64,000 bases of DNA from a virus (Duplodnaviria > Caudoviricetes). Shown here one piece after another: positions 54,487-64,000 of this stretch. The notes under the pieces are model-generated. The model was given only the letters and a program-made list of their open reading frames with translations, ran no database searches and was not told where the DNA came from. Every line of letters begins with the position of its first letter. The first letter of the stretch is position 1. The stretch covers positions 123,795-187,794 of IMG/VR virus record IMGVR_UViG_3300014204_000114. One strand, written 5' to 3'. Made by a program: the position numbers and the translations under genes.

Positions 54487-55705
54487 TTATAATAGTAACC
54501 CCTATAGGAGTCGCGGTCGGCTCTATAGAAATCTTATCATATGTATCCGCAGTATAGTTATCAGTTATGAGTTTGCTTGTTCTCTTATTGTCTTCAAGTT
54601 CAGATTGCTCATACATAACTATAGCCGTGAACGGCTTTGTCGCCGAACCTATTTCTTTTATTTTAGAAGACGCTGATTGGGCAGCTGTAAGCATCGCATT
54701 AACCACGAAGTCTTGACCTATAGAAAGATTATTGACATAGTCTATGCATGCTCTCTGTATGTCTCTTACGATTTGGTTCTGTTCGTACGCCGCAAGTTTT
54801 TCCACAAACTTAACAGTAGTACTAGCTGTAATACCTATTTCTCTGGGCTTCCTAGCATAGCCAGTAAGAGGGAAGGCAGTTACGTTATTAATAGCTATAT
54901 TGACAGCTTCGACTAGAGAATCAGGTGTCCTGGGAGTAGTAGCCTGGACTATAATATCGTAGGTTCCTATCCCGCGCTTATTCTTTATAATGCGTATATC
55001 TGAAACTCCAGGTACGCTAAGAGCAGCTATTCTTACCGCGGTAGCATTAGCTCTCTCTCTAGACGTCATAGAGTTTATAATTCTGAATCTGTAATTGGCG
55101 TCAGTTTCTACGCTTTCGCCGTTTACGATAGCTTCCTGGTTCGTAACAAGTAAAGTCTTATTAGCGCTATCGGTATAATTCGTAAAGTCGTGGAATCTTA
55201 GAGAGTAAGTTCCTACATTCCCATCTTCTCCATCTTCCGTACTTTGGATACTGACATATTCTCTGTTAGCCGCAGAACCTAAAGTTATTGCGGAGGAGGT
55301 TCTATAAACAGTCCCCCCGTCAGTTGTAGATAGGTCACGAGTTGCCAGTTTTGTCCCTTGCGGAATGGTTATGCTCGCGCCGTTATTAATAGCTCCGAAG
55401 GTTCCGGTCAATACATAGAAGTAAGCTACTTGGTTTGCTGCGTCAGTGAAACTAGGAGATCCCTGATTCCTATAAACGCCGACTATATCTCCAAATACAT
55501 CAAGATATTCTCCATACGCAGTAGAGACCATACGCTGAGCTATCTTATTATCAAAGCCCGAATAAAGAGCTCCAAGCTCATTCATCAAAGCGTCGATTAT
55601 AGCCCTGGCTTTTCCGCCCGGAGACAACCTTGTTATATTCGTAGTACTAGAGAGCCTATCTATAGCCCTCTGGATCATTTCGTCTGTTCGTTTTATAGTG
55701 GTCAT
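54479..55705 (-). CDS. baseplate J / gp6-like wedge protein
   Basis: AYGEYLD..G.IVGVYR, IPQGT, GEDGNV, VTNQEAIVNGESVETDANYRFRI, AALSVPGV. Confidence 0.9.
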   Translation of the reverse strand: MTTIKRTDEMIQRAIDRLSSTTNITRLSPGGKARAIIDALMNELGALYSGFDNKIAQRMVSTAYGEYLDVFGDIVGVYRNQGSPSFTDAANQVAYFYVLTGTFGAINNGASITIPQGTKLATRDLSTTDGGTVYRTSSAITLGSAANREYVSIQSTEDGEDGNVGTYSLRFHDFTNYTDSANKTLLVTNQEAIVNGESVETDANYRFRIINSMTSRERANATAVRIAALSVPGVSDIRIIKNKRGIGTYDIIVQATTPRTPDSLVEAVNIAINNVTAFPLTGYARKPREIGITASTTVKFVEKLAAYEQNQIVRDIQRACIDYVNNLSIGQDFVVNAMLTAAQSASSKIKEIGSATKPFTAIVMYEQSELEDNKRTSKLITDNYTADTYDKISIEPTATPIGVTIING

Positions 55706-56163
55706 GCCGTACCCCTAGCAACATTAACATATGTTAGCTTTAGCTTTCTCTCGTCTTCGTAACTAAACGTCGATGCTATTTCTACCAGTCTAGTCATCTC
55801 GTTAGCTTCTGTAGGTATAACTCTTATCTTCATATATATCATTAACTCGTCTATTGCTACAGGAAAAATATCAATACTTAGGTCGGACGGATAAACTACT
55901 CTAGAAGAAACAGTTAGAGACATTACTATTCTTTGTTTGATCTTATCCGCCAAAGCTTTTGTGTTAGCTTCCCCGATAAAATCGCTGAGTGCCGCAGCAT
56001 TAGCAGGATATAGACTCCAGTCATCTATATCACATCTTAATACGTCAAAAATATCCTGTATTAATGACTGAAGAGGAGAGTCTTCCGTAGAGCCAATATC
56101 CCCGCCTTCTATTTTATAGTCGCCGCTCCAGCACCAATCAAAATCAGTGACGTCGTATAGCAT
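55702..56163 (-). CDS. gp25/gpW-like baseplate protein (sheath initiator)
   Basis: GDI..LQSLIQDI...L....DW.LYP....L.DFIG pattern; sits before baseplate J. Confidence 0.75.
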   Translation of the reverse strand: MLYDVTDFDWCWSGDYKIEGGDIGSTEDSPLQSLIQDIFDVLRCDIDDWSLYPANAAALSDFIGEANTKALADKIKQRIVMSLTVSSRVVYPSDLSIDIFPVAIDELMIYMKIRVIPTEANEMTRLVEIASTFSYEDERKLKLTYVNVARGTA

Positions 56164-56567
56164 TATCCTACAAAAGCCTTCATTAACTCTAACATATCTT
56201 TAAGGTATCCGACGCTCGCCATTGGCGGCACCATAACTCTCATAGGTATAGGAGTAACAATAGTAGAAGGAATCATTTGAAGTAAGTCATTCTGCTCCAC
56301 GAAAAATGCAGATCTTCTTACAGAACTACTAGGAGCCATTAAGTGAGTTTTACCTCTAATAGTAACGCCTTGTTCAGAAGCAGCTAGATAATTGTATTTG
56401 TCCCCGGTTACATAAGCAGTTTTATTTGTCACCCTCATAGAAGCAGGAGAATTAGAGGTAACTTTCATGGTGCGGCTTTCTTCTTTTAGCCGCCCTTCCT
56501 CATAAGTCTCTTCTACTTCAGTCTTAACTGGGGTTGTCGTCACTTCGCTTTTTGGTTTAACTGCCAT
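56163..56567 (-). CDS. putative central-spike-associated protein
   Basis: Position between hub/OB-fold gene and gp25; short beta-strands. Confidence 0.45.
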   Translation of the reverse strand: MAVKPKSEVTTTPVKTEVEETYEEGRLKEESRTMKVTSNSPASMRVTNKTAYVTGDKYNYLAASEQGVTIRGKTHLMAPSSSVRRSAFFVEQNDLLQMIPSTIVTPIPMRVMVPPMASVGYLKDMLELMKAFVG

Positions 56568-56576
56568 GTCTTTCCT

Positions 56577-57008
56577 TTATAATGCCATAAAAAACGGGTC
56601 TTCAAACATTCTAAATAAATCTTGTGTATCTGTTCTGTCAGCTCCCGTTATATTCTCTGCTATATCGTCCGGTATAAAACTCATAATAACGGCATTATTC
56701 TTAGCTCTATTGTTCCTATACAAAACGATACACTTCATGCCTACTTTTATTTTACCATACTTTAAAGCAATAACATTAGCTGGTTCTAAACATGGAATAG
56801 GACTACCTAAATTAAGTAAGTTATCAGACGTAGATTGGATTAGTTTAACTATTGCCAAATTGTGAGTTGCGTCAATAAGTTCCTGTATGACCCCTATATC
56901 TATTACCCATGCAGAACGGTCGTATTCTACCCTCTCTCTATAATCGTGCTCGTCTAGAGATCTTTGGGTAACCTTCGGGGATAACCCCATATTTCTTTTA
57001 TAGTCCAT
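56577..57008 (-). CDS. putative spike OB-fold (gpV/gp5 N-terminal-like) protein
   Basis: GVI..IDA....A.VKL..KVGMKCIVLY pattern; follows hub gene. Confidence 0.45.
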   Translation of the reverse strand: MDYKRNMGLSPKVTQRSLDEHDYRERVEYDRSAWVIDIGVIQELIDATHNLAIVKLIQSTSDNLLNLGSPIPCLEPANVIALKYGKIKVGMKCIVLYRNNRAKNNAVIMSFIPDDIAENITGADRTDTQDLFRMFEDPFFMAL

Positions 57009-59672
57009 TTACTTAGTCCTAATGCTAGGCTCTAATAAAGAGCCTAATTGTTCTGTAGCTTCTTCGAGTATCCCTGCGTCTATAAGGCCCGCTTTGCCTC
57101 CTCGCAACTTACTTCTAATATCTTCCATAATTGGCGACCCTGTATCACTATAGACTTTCCACTCTTCTCCGTTAACAGTGAGGCTACCGCCAGTATGAAC
57201 ATCCGCAAGCCAAGAAGTAAAATCCTGGAAGAATTGGAAGTCCATCATGTCTGGCAAGTCGCCTTGAGATACTGCTTTCCATGCGTTCCTTAACTTATAC
57301 CACATCTTCTCTTCTGACGTGTCTGGGATGCCACCAAGTATAGGCTTGCCTCCTATAATTAGAGGGGTAATAATTATGGGCTGTGCGAATCTAGTTAATC
57401 CTACATATTGATATAATTTGTAACCGCCATAAAGAGCAGCTAAAGCAAGAGCTGATACTGTAGCGGGTGTTGACCATGCCGCGGCTAAGGAAGTTCCTGC
57501 GGCCTCTGCGGCCATAACAACTTCTCCTGCTGCTGTAACTAAAGCTTTAGCTACTGTGCCTCCAGCAACTATTTCAGCGGCAGTTCCTATAGTTTTCGGA
57601 GCGTTCTTACCCAAACCTTTAATAGACTCATAAGGGTCTGTATCCCAACCAAATAACTTTTTAGTTAATTCGGACATAAGATTACACATAGTCTCTAAGG
57701 ATGTATCATGTACCCATTCGTTCACTCCGACTACAGCTTTGGGATATATTTCGGAAATGAATCCTTCTTCAGGAGACATAATATGTACGACTCTTTTCAC
57801 AGCTACAGGCCCCATCATATCCGTTCTAAAATCAGCTATATAGCATATGTCATGAGGCTTCACATCTGGGCAACCTAAAACGATAAAAGAACCAGTATAC
57901 ATATTAGCTATAGATTTAGCAAGTAGTGAAGTAGCATACATTCCAGCCATTGCTTGAGTAGCTACATTTTCGAACATTACATATAATGTCCTTTTGTCCT
58001 CGGCTTTCATATCTACATCATAACTGACTTCAAGCATATCGCCATCATCAAAGAACCAATCCGTTCTTTCAGCTCTGTCATTATTTATATCAAACCCTTC
58101 ATCAAAGAAAGGGTCGCCTTTTTTATATTGTATCTTGACAGAATTGAATACTTCCGCCGCGGACACTTTTATCTTATTAGCTACTATGTGGTGAGAAGAA
58201 GTGAATAGGAAGTAATTCCTAAATCTCTTTATAGGACGGCCATATCTTCTTATAGTCTTTAAATAGTCTTCTTCGGATAGCAACTGGCTATCAACTGGCC
58301 TGTCTGCTCTAGCTCTATAATTAAAGTCGGGGAGCCCGAAAAACACAGTAGATCTATTCTCATACGGGACTACAGCAGAGACCCAGCCAGGGTGTCTTAG
58401 TTCCAACTCTTTTATCACTTCCCAGATAGTCTGCTTATAGATACCAAATCTGGCATTATCAAACCATCCAGAGATCAAACTATCATCGTACGACTTCCAC
58501 ATTAGCCAATCATACTTCACAGGGGCAAATATATTGTCGTCGACTAAGCTATAAGAAGCCAGATGAGAATTTTCTATATCCCATCCTTCCTGCGCTGTCT
58601 GGGCGTCGTCTATTAGAGCGTCGAACCAATTAGTCATCTTACCTAAAAGGCTTTCGCCTAAAGTCTTCTTATTCTGCTCTAGTTTCTTACTTAACTTTTC
58701 GAACATCTTTAGTAAGCCGGATTCGTTCTGGGTATATGGGTTAACGCGGCCTAGATGAACAAGTTCGGGCTCACATAAAAGTCTGGATATAATATTACCT
58801 GTAAAAGCCTCGTCGTCGTCGAAAGTCCACGCTGCACCATCATTCATCTTTATATCTTGGAGAAGTTCATAGCCATATCCTTGAGCGACTACCGTAACTA
58901 GTGAACCTCCCTCAGTCCTCTGGATCTCCATTACCGTACCATTAAATTTAAGAGGTAGTTCCATTGGATCGGCGCCATATCCAAATCTTAGCTGACAGGG
59001 AACTCCCTGCCGTAACATGATAGACTTTATGTCGCTTTCTATCTTGGTATTTTTATCAAGTGTCTCCGTGGATCTTTCCGCCATCTCACCCTTACTATTT
59101 AAGGTGTTCCACTGATCGGACATCTTATAATTGTTAAGGACTCCAAAAGGATCTAAGATTTCTATAATTAATGTATCCGCAGGACTGTCTTCATCTTGAA
59201 TTAACCTAATGCTTCTAATAGCTTTTATCTCAAAAAACTCTCCATAAGCAGGAATAATCTTCCCTATATTAGCTTCAAGTCTTTTAAGTTCATCTGTATA
59301 TATATAAAATTTATAAGCAGGAAAAGCCCTGCGCATACTTAATGTATCTTGGTTATTATCATAAAAGCAGTTAGCTATACCTTGTAAGAAGTCAGGTGTT
59401 TTGCCTTTCGCGGATTTTTCATTTCTGCGTTTCTCGAACTCGGAAATCTCGCCCATCTTTTCGACTTTGTAAGTTCTCCCGTCGGATAAAGTTCCAGTAA
59501 CATACTGTTTGGCAGCGGACTCTCCTCCAGTAGGTTGGGACTCTACAGGTATAGGAGCCGTACCCATCCCTAAATTGATCTGCTGGGAAGTAGGTAATTG
59601 CGCCGCAGTATTATCAGTAGCAACGCTTTCTGTCACATCTCCTACATCTAATTTTGCTTCTTGAGGAGTCAT
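57009..59672 (-). CDS. baseplate hub protein (gp27/gpD-like)
   Basis: QLRFGYG...LPLKFNGTVMEI..VVAQGYG; TIWEVI; YTGSFIVLGCPDVKPHD; VKRVVH. Confidence 0.75.
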   Translation of the reverse strand: MTPQEAKLDVGDVTESVATDNTAAQLPTSQQINLGMGTAPIPVESQPTGGESAAKQYVTGTLSDGRTYKVEKMGEISEFEKRRNEKSAKGKTPDFLQGIANCFYDNNQDTLSMRRAFPAYKFYIYTDELKRLEANIGKIIPAYGEFFEIKAIRSIRLIQDEDSPADTLIIEILDPFGVLNNYKMSDQWNTLNSKGEMAERSTETLDKNTKIESDIKSIMLRQGVPCQLRFGYGADPMELPLKFNGTVMEIQRTEGGSLVTVVAQGYGYELLQDIKMNDGAAWTFDDDEAFTGNIISRLLCEPELVHLGRVNPYTQNESGLLKMFEKLSKKLEQNKKTLGESLLGKMTNWFDALIDDAQTAQEGWDIENSHLASYSLVDDNIFAPVKYDWLMWKSYDDSLISGWFDNARFGIYKQTIWEVIKELELRHPGWVSAVVPYENRSTVFFGLPDFNYRARADRPVDSQLLSEEDYLKTIRRYGRPIKRFRNYFLFTSSHHIVANKIKVSAAEVFNSVKIQYKKGDPFFDEGFDINNDRAERTDWFFDDGDMLEVSYDVDMKAEDKRTLYVMFENVATQAMAGMYATSLLAKSIANMYTGSFIVLGCPDVKPHDICYIADFRTDMMGPVAVKRVVHIMSPEEGFISEIYPKAVVGVNEWVHDTSLETMCNLMSELTKKLFGWDTDPYESIKGLGKNAPKTIGTAAEIVAGGTVAKALVTAAGEVVMAAEAAGTSLAAAWSTPATVSALALAALYGGYKLYQYVGLTRFAQPIIITPLIIGGKPILGGIPDTSEEKMWYKLRNAWKAVSQGDLPDMMDFQFFQDFTSWLADVHTGGSLTVNGEEWKVYSDTGSPIMEDIRSKLRGGKAGLIDAGILEEATEQLGSLLEPSIRTK

Positions 59673-62600
59673 TAACCATATATCCCTAATAGCACTTTGT
59701 AATGTGCTTCTATAGCATCAATATAAAAGAGATGCTCGTTCGAATTATTAATCCAAGTCTTTAAAACTGCCTTAGAGTTAGCGTATGCCTGATATGCTAC
59801 ATTTGCGTTTACGAAGCTGTAACTAGTTACGTTAGGGTTCATCCTATTTGGGTATATGTTAAATAGATCATTGGCCGACATTCTACTGACAGAAACTAAT
59901 CTATTTAAATAAGCCGGGCCGCTGTGGTATCCTTGTAACGCAGCTCTTATATTATTACCTCCAGCTTTCGATGTCAAAAACGAAGACAGATACCTAGCAC
60001 ATGCCGGGACTGCTTTATAGGGATTTAGCGCATTATCATGCTTGGTGTCTTTTGTAACTTGTAGCCATGTGCTTTTGGTGAATTGGGCTATGCCTTTAGC
60101 CCCGCCCGAATTAGCCCCCGCGTTAGCATTAAACGAACTCTCTTGATATAACAGAGCTTTCACATACAGCCACGCGTTAGGGATAGACGTACCAATATAA
60201 TCATCTGCGGCCTTTTTAATTTCCTTATCTAAATCGAATGTTCCCCCATTGTACTGTATGGTATTAACCGACAGCGAAGACTTAGAGCCACCTTTAAGAT
60301 TGGCTTTCTGAGAATACGCAGAAGTGTCCCCCACATTAATAGAAGCATCCCCAGTCGAAAATAATTTATTAGATATGTCTGACCCAGTCGCCGGGACAGT
60401 ATCGATGCCGTTGGCTGCGTGCTTGGATAGTTCTATATTAGACGATGTAGCGGGAGTAATATAAGAACCTTTAAACTTCTCATGGTCGAAAGTCGGACTT
60501 TCTGAGATGCTAACAAGCTGCTGTATCTGTTTTACCTGAGAGTCTGTGCCTTTGCCCTGATCTAAAGTATCTAAAAGTGTCTGTAATTTCTTTTTCTCTT
60601 TCGCTATGACTTCACCTTGAACTAGCTTAGTCATTACGTCGTAATGCGCCGTAGAAGTTTCCATTCCTTTTTGTATTGCATCATAAGCGACACTAGGGTC
60701 CAGAACCCCTGAGATATTATAGCCAGAAGTCTTCTCGTAAAATGGATAATTGACATCCATATAATTATCTATCCCAGTCGGAAGCAGTAGGTCGGGGTAA
60801 CAAGTCGTCCCGACTAATTCCCCTATAGTATCCATGTTAATCGTTTTGCCATTAACTTTAAAATCTTGTTTACTACTTAAGATTGTCATTCTATATTCAG
60901 GGGTTAATGCTATTGCGTCAGAGACAGCTTTACAGATAACCCCAAATGCTACTAGCTTACCTTTGTAAGTTCTAGCCGTTTCATAATCTTTATTATAATC
61001 ATCTTCTGCTTTTTCTCTATCCCCTGACGATTCAAGTTTTTTACTAGAAGGGAAGACTATACCTTGAGAAGCAAGTTCCATGTGCTGCGCAAAAGTTCTT
61101 TGTACGTTCGATATAGTATTATACCCAGCCGATTCTGGAGACAAAGTAGATACTTCCTCTGCTATAGTAAGATTAGTTGACGCTAAAGCGGAAAGCCCCA
61201 GCATTCCACCTTCATTGATAAAGGTATCTCTATATACGACAGCAAGATTTAGATACGTCTGATCTGTTGGTTGCGCGGGTTTATTTTCAGTAATAAGAGT
61301 GATCCCAGCTATTATTGTAGCTGCCGCCGACGGACCCTTCTGGACAACATCAAACACTTCTTTGTCTGATTTTATATCCTTCATGATAACGAGTTTTCTG
61401 ATAGCATTGCATACGACTTCCGTAAAAGAACGCCTTATGGGTTCTCCCGCACCGACTAAATTTTTGACCGTCATTCCTTTAAAAGGGTTCAAGCCTTTCC
61501 CAAAGAACGGCATTGTCAACTGTATGCCAGAAAACAACTTAGCTATAATTGCTTGGTTTATAGCGGCGCTCGTTACAAATATATTACCAAAGATTCTATA
61601 GTCGGGATCTACAGAAGTTAAAGAAAGCGTCATTCTTATTATATCGGGTCTGCCCGGGACAGTTTCCGTCTGGACATTTTCTACCATATAAAGATTAGCG
61701 CCCACTAAACTCGCTATCTCGTTAGTCACGGTAATAAAAGACACGGTTGGTATCTGAGGATATTTGGCAGAATTCTTTTCGGTGGTAGATCTCATTAAAA
61801 CTATATCGTTGACAAAATCTTCCCCTCGCCGGAAGGATGTATCTACTTCAAATACCACTTCTATATTGACGTCGCTTTTGCCAAAATATTGCTGGGTATA
61901 ATACCTCTCCCCTACTAAAGGAAGAACAGATAGAATATGACTATAAGATACCGTGAACCCTAAAGGTACTACAGCTGGCGGCCCTATCAAAGCCTCTCCC
62001 AGCTTCTCTCTGTAGTCGTCGACTCTTATTGAATTGGCTTGCATGCCAAGTACAGCATTATTAAAACCCATTATATTCTTATTATTAATAACGCTATAGC
62101 CAGCCTGCTTTGCCTCTTCTATTGTCTTGAAAGCTCGTATGAAATTAAATGTAAGATCGATATTCTTAGCGCTCTCTACAGAACCTATTTTCCCAGACCT
62201 ACTAACAGCTTCTTCTATATACTCAAGGAATCTGCTAGACATCCCCGGCGAGTTCACAGGAGAAACTACAGTTTTACCGCCCTCCTTTACCTCATTAGCA
62301 AATAAGAAGTTCTGAGAGAAAGGAGAATAGTTAAATAACGATGCCGTTAGATTCAACCATAATATGTCAGGAGTAGACTCGTTATAACTTATAGCGACGT
62401 TAATAATAGTCAAAGCCATATTCTGACCTATTAGCGTACTAAACCCGCCACCAATAGCTTGCCTTATAGTTTGGTTGTTTACGTATACGAATGGAGAAGT
62501 TTTCAGTTCAGCTATCAATCTAATTAATTTGGTAATAGACTTATTGTCAGTGCTTAATCCCTTAGTGACCACAGTGTCTGTCTTAAAAGGAATAGAAAGT

Positions 62601-62806
62601 AAGATAGTAGCGTCGCCCTGACCTGACTTTATCTTTATCGCAGAGGAGGTTCTTAAGCCCTGCCAAGAATAATTCGCGGCTCTATCTATAATAGACATTT
62701 GGGTCGGAGGGTCCCCACTCCCAGGGCCAAAAGGTATATCATTGAGGAATAAATCCCCAATATCACTAGAAGCGAAAGGAGGTTTTGCTGTAAAAAGCGT
62801 ACTCAT
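59672..62806 (-). CDS. tail protein with C-terminal soluble lytic transglycosylase (SLT) domain
   Basis: ALLYQESSFNANA..GAKGIAQFTKSTW..ARYL..ALQGYHSG. Confidence 0.8.
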   Translation of the reverse strand: MSTLFTAKPPFASSDIGDLFLNDIPFGPGSGDPPTQMSIIDRAANYSWQGLRTSSAIKIKSGQGDATILLSIPFKTDTVVTKGLSTDNKSITKLIRLIAELKTSPFVYVNNQTIRQAIGGGFSTLIGQNMALTIINVAISYNESTPDILWLNLTASLFNYSPFSQNFLFANEVKEGGKTVVSPVNSPGMSSRFLEYIEEAVSRSGKIGSVESAKNIDLTFNFIRAFKTIEEAKQAGYSVINNKNIMGFNNAVLGMQANSIRVDDYREKLGEALIGPPAVVPLGFTVSYSHILSVLPLVGERYYTQQYFGKSDVNIEVVFEVDTSFRRGEDFVNDIVLMRSTTEKNSAKYPQIPTVSFITVTNEIASLVGANLYMVENVQTETVPGRPDIIRMTLSLTSVDPDYRIFGNIFVTSAAINQAIIAKLFSGIQLTMPFFGKGLNPFKGMTVKNLVGAGEPIRRSFTEVVCNAIRKLVIMKDIKSDKEVFDVVQKGPSAAATIIAGITLITENKPAQPTDQTYLNLAVVYRDTFINEGGMLGLSALASTNLTIAEEVSTLSPESAGYNTISNVQRTFAQHMELASQGIVFPSSKKLESSGDREKAEDDYNKDYETARTYKGKLVAFGVICKAVSDAIALTPEYRMTILSSKQDFKVNGKTINMDTIGELVGTTCYPDLLLPTGIDNYMDVNYPFYEKTSGYNISGVLDPSVAYDAIQKGMETSTAHYDVMTKLVQGEVIAKEKKKLQTLLDTLDQGKGTDSQVKQIQQLVSISESPTFDHEKFKGSYITPATSSNIELSKHAANGIDTVPATGSDISNKLFSTGDASINVGDTSAYSQKANLKGGSKSSLSVNTIQYNGGTFDLDKEIKKAADDYIGTSIPNAWLYVKALLYQESSFNANAGANSGGAKGIAQFTKSTWLQVTKDTKHDNALNPYKAVPACARYLSSFLTSKAGGNNIRAALQGYHSGPAYLNRLVSVSRMSANDLFNIYPNRMNPNVTSYSFVNANVAYQAYANSKAVLKTWINNSNEHLFYIDAIEAHYKVLLGIYG

Positions 62807-63999
62807 TAATCTCCGAGCATTTTATCTATTTTATCCGCCGTTAGATCTCCTCTTCCGTTGTCTAAATCAAACATACGCATAGAGGAAAATCCTGAGCTAC
62901 CAGCGGAATGTCTACTATGTCTCATTATACCATATTTATCTACCGGGCCGGAAGACATAGCATCAATTCTCATTCTTTGATAAGTTCTATCTCCGGTTCT
63001 TAGAGGGGCTACCATCGCAGGAGTTTGAGGGAGCGCTCTTTGAGGTATAGGAGAGGGGGTTTCGCCACCGACCATATCCAGACCAGACTGCTGTTCGAGA
63101 GGTCTTGACATGTTCATAGTATCTTCGGGATTAACTGCCGGGGCTATCGTTCTTGGTTTGTTTATTAGAACAGCTAAGGCTACAGTCCCCGCAGCGCCTA
63201 TAAGAACAGGAAGCGTATACTTTCTGGCAGTATCAGATTTTATGGCATCAGATAAAGCTCCCATGACTCTTCTGGATTCGTTGGCCATTTTATTAACTGC
63301 GCCGCGGAATTTATTTTCCGCAGTCTGAACCTTATTCAAGCCAGCCGTACCTTCAGTGAATTGAGTCTCCATCTGATCCAGCATCATATTCTGCCAACCC
63401 GCGCCAGCTTCCTTTCTGGCTATAGAAACACTTCGGGCGAATTCTTCTATCATGTCTCTATTGCCGGTAGCATATTGGAAGTTAGCTTGTCTGCCGCCAT
63501 ATTGAAAATCAATACTCCCGGACAATTTAGACACCGCATCAGAAGGCATTAAAGCCCTCATCTCATTAATTAACCTAGCTTCTCCGGCAGCAGTATCAGT
63601 CTGTCCAAAGGCCTGAGAGACACTTGAGAACATAGCATCCATAACAGAGGCGGTCTTCTGGCTAAGCTTTTTAGAGGAGATAACTAACTGTTCCATAGAG
63701 CTTGCTATATTGCCAGTCATCATCATCTTTTCCATTACGTATTCGTCTGCGGTTCCTGTATATTTGCCGGCTTTTATTAACTCGTTAGCTTGACTTGCCC
63801 ATTCCGCATGAAGGTTTTTGGAGTTAGCCGTCGCGAATTTTACCCTAGTTAAAGCGTTTGAAAATGCTCCAGTTTCACCACCGGAACTAGTTTGAGCATT
63901 TAAGAAGTAAGAGCCTATTCTATTAAGTTCTCTGTCCACTTCTGCCGCACTGGCTTTTGGCATGTTAGCAGCTATCGCGTTTCTTAATTCATCTTGTTT
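62806..63999 (-). CDS. probable tape-measure protein C-terminus; gene continues beyond the window
   Basis: Frame open to the window edge (KQDELRNAIAANM..); helical Ala/Met-rich with a hydrophobic segment; position upstream of hub and baseplate genes. Confidence 0.55.
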   Translation of the reverse strand, partial: KQDELRNAIAANMPKASAAEVDRELNRIGSYFLNAQTSSGGETGAFSNALTRVKFATANSKNLHAEWASQANELIKAGKYTGTADEYVMEKMMMTGNIASSMEQLVISSKKLSQKTASVMDAMFSSVSQAFGQTDTAAGEARLINEMRALMPSDAVSKLSGSIDFQYGGRQANFQYATGNRDMIEEFARSVSIARKEAGAGWQNMMLDQMETQFTEGTAGLNKVQTAENKFRGAVNKMANESRRVMGALSDAIKSDTARKYTLPVLIGAAGTVALAVLINKPRTIAPAVNPEDTMNMSRPLEQQSGLDMVGGETPSPIPQRALPQTPAMVAPLRTGDRTYQRMRIDAMSSGPVDKYGIMRHSRHSAGSSGFSSMRMFDLDNGRGDLTADKIDKMLGD

Positions 64000-64000
64000 G

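Noticed and set aside
1-64000. Stop-codon reassignment
   Set aside because: Genes are full-length and abut in code 11; TAA, TAG and TGA all end genes right at the next start
1-64000. tRNA genes, inteins or introns
   Set aside because: No intergenic gap long enough for a tRNA; no intein or homing-endonuclease insertion evident in the dnaE part or the primase-helicase

Overview
This is a gene-dense 64 kb fragment of a large myovirus-like (contractile-tail) phage in the standard genetic code. I found no tRNA, CRISPR array, integrase or transposase. The + strand (1-7840) holds the 3' end of a phage DnaE polymerase, a radical-SAM-like protein, two metallophosphoesterases, a stand-alone S4 domain and small hypotheticals. 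Everything from 7852 to 64000 is on the - strand. In transcription order it encodes tape-measure C-terminus, SLT tail protein, hub, baseplate wedges, many baseplate-peripheral and fibre proteins, and three tandem paralogous tip-like proteins. A sigma70-type promoter then precedes a small protein, a putative adaptor, a volactin-like actin and a 10-gene soluble sugar-modification cluster (GT9, two GT4, three methyltransferases, two acetyltransferases, GT2, radical SAM) ending in a Gfo/Idh/MocA reductase. After that come holin-like genes, Cas4-like nucleases, primase-helicase, a spanin candidate, M15 endolysin, RuvC and a sigma factor. Best candidate for a new system: phage-encoded virion O-glycosylation. 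Several virion proteins are strongly enriched in Ser-Gly (often [V/I/T/L]-x-S-G) motifs and lie beside a cytoplasmic glycosylation operon led by a GT9 heptosyltransferase-like enzyme and co-transcribed with an actin homologue. Family calls rest on motif recognition, not database searches, and counts are hand counts.
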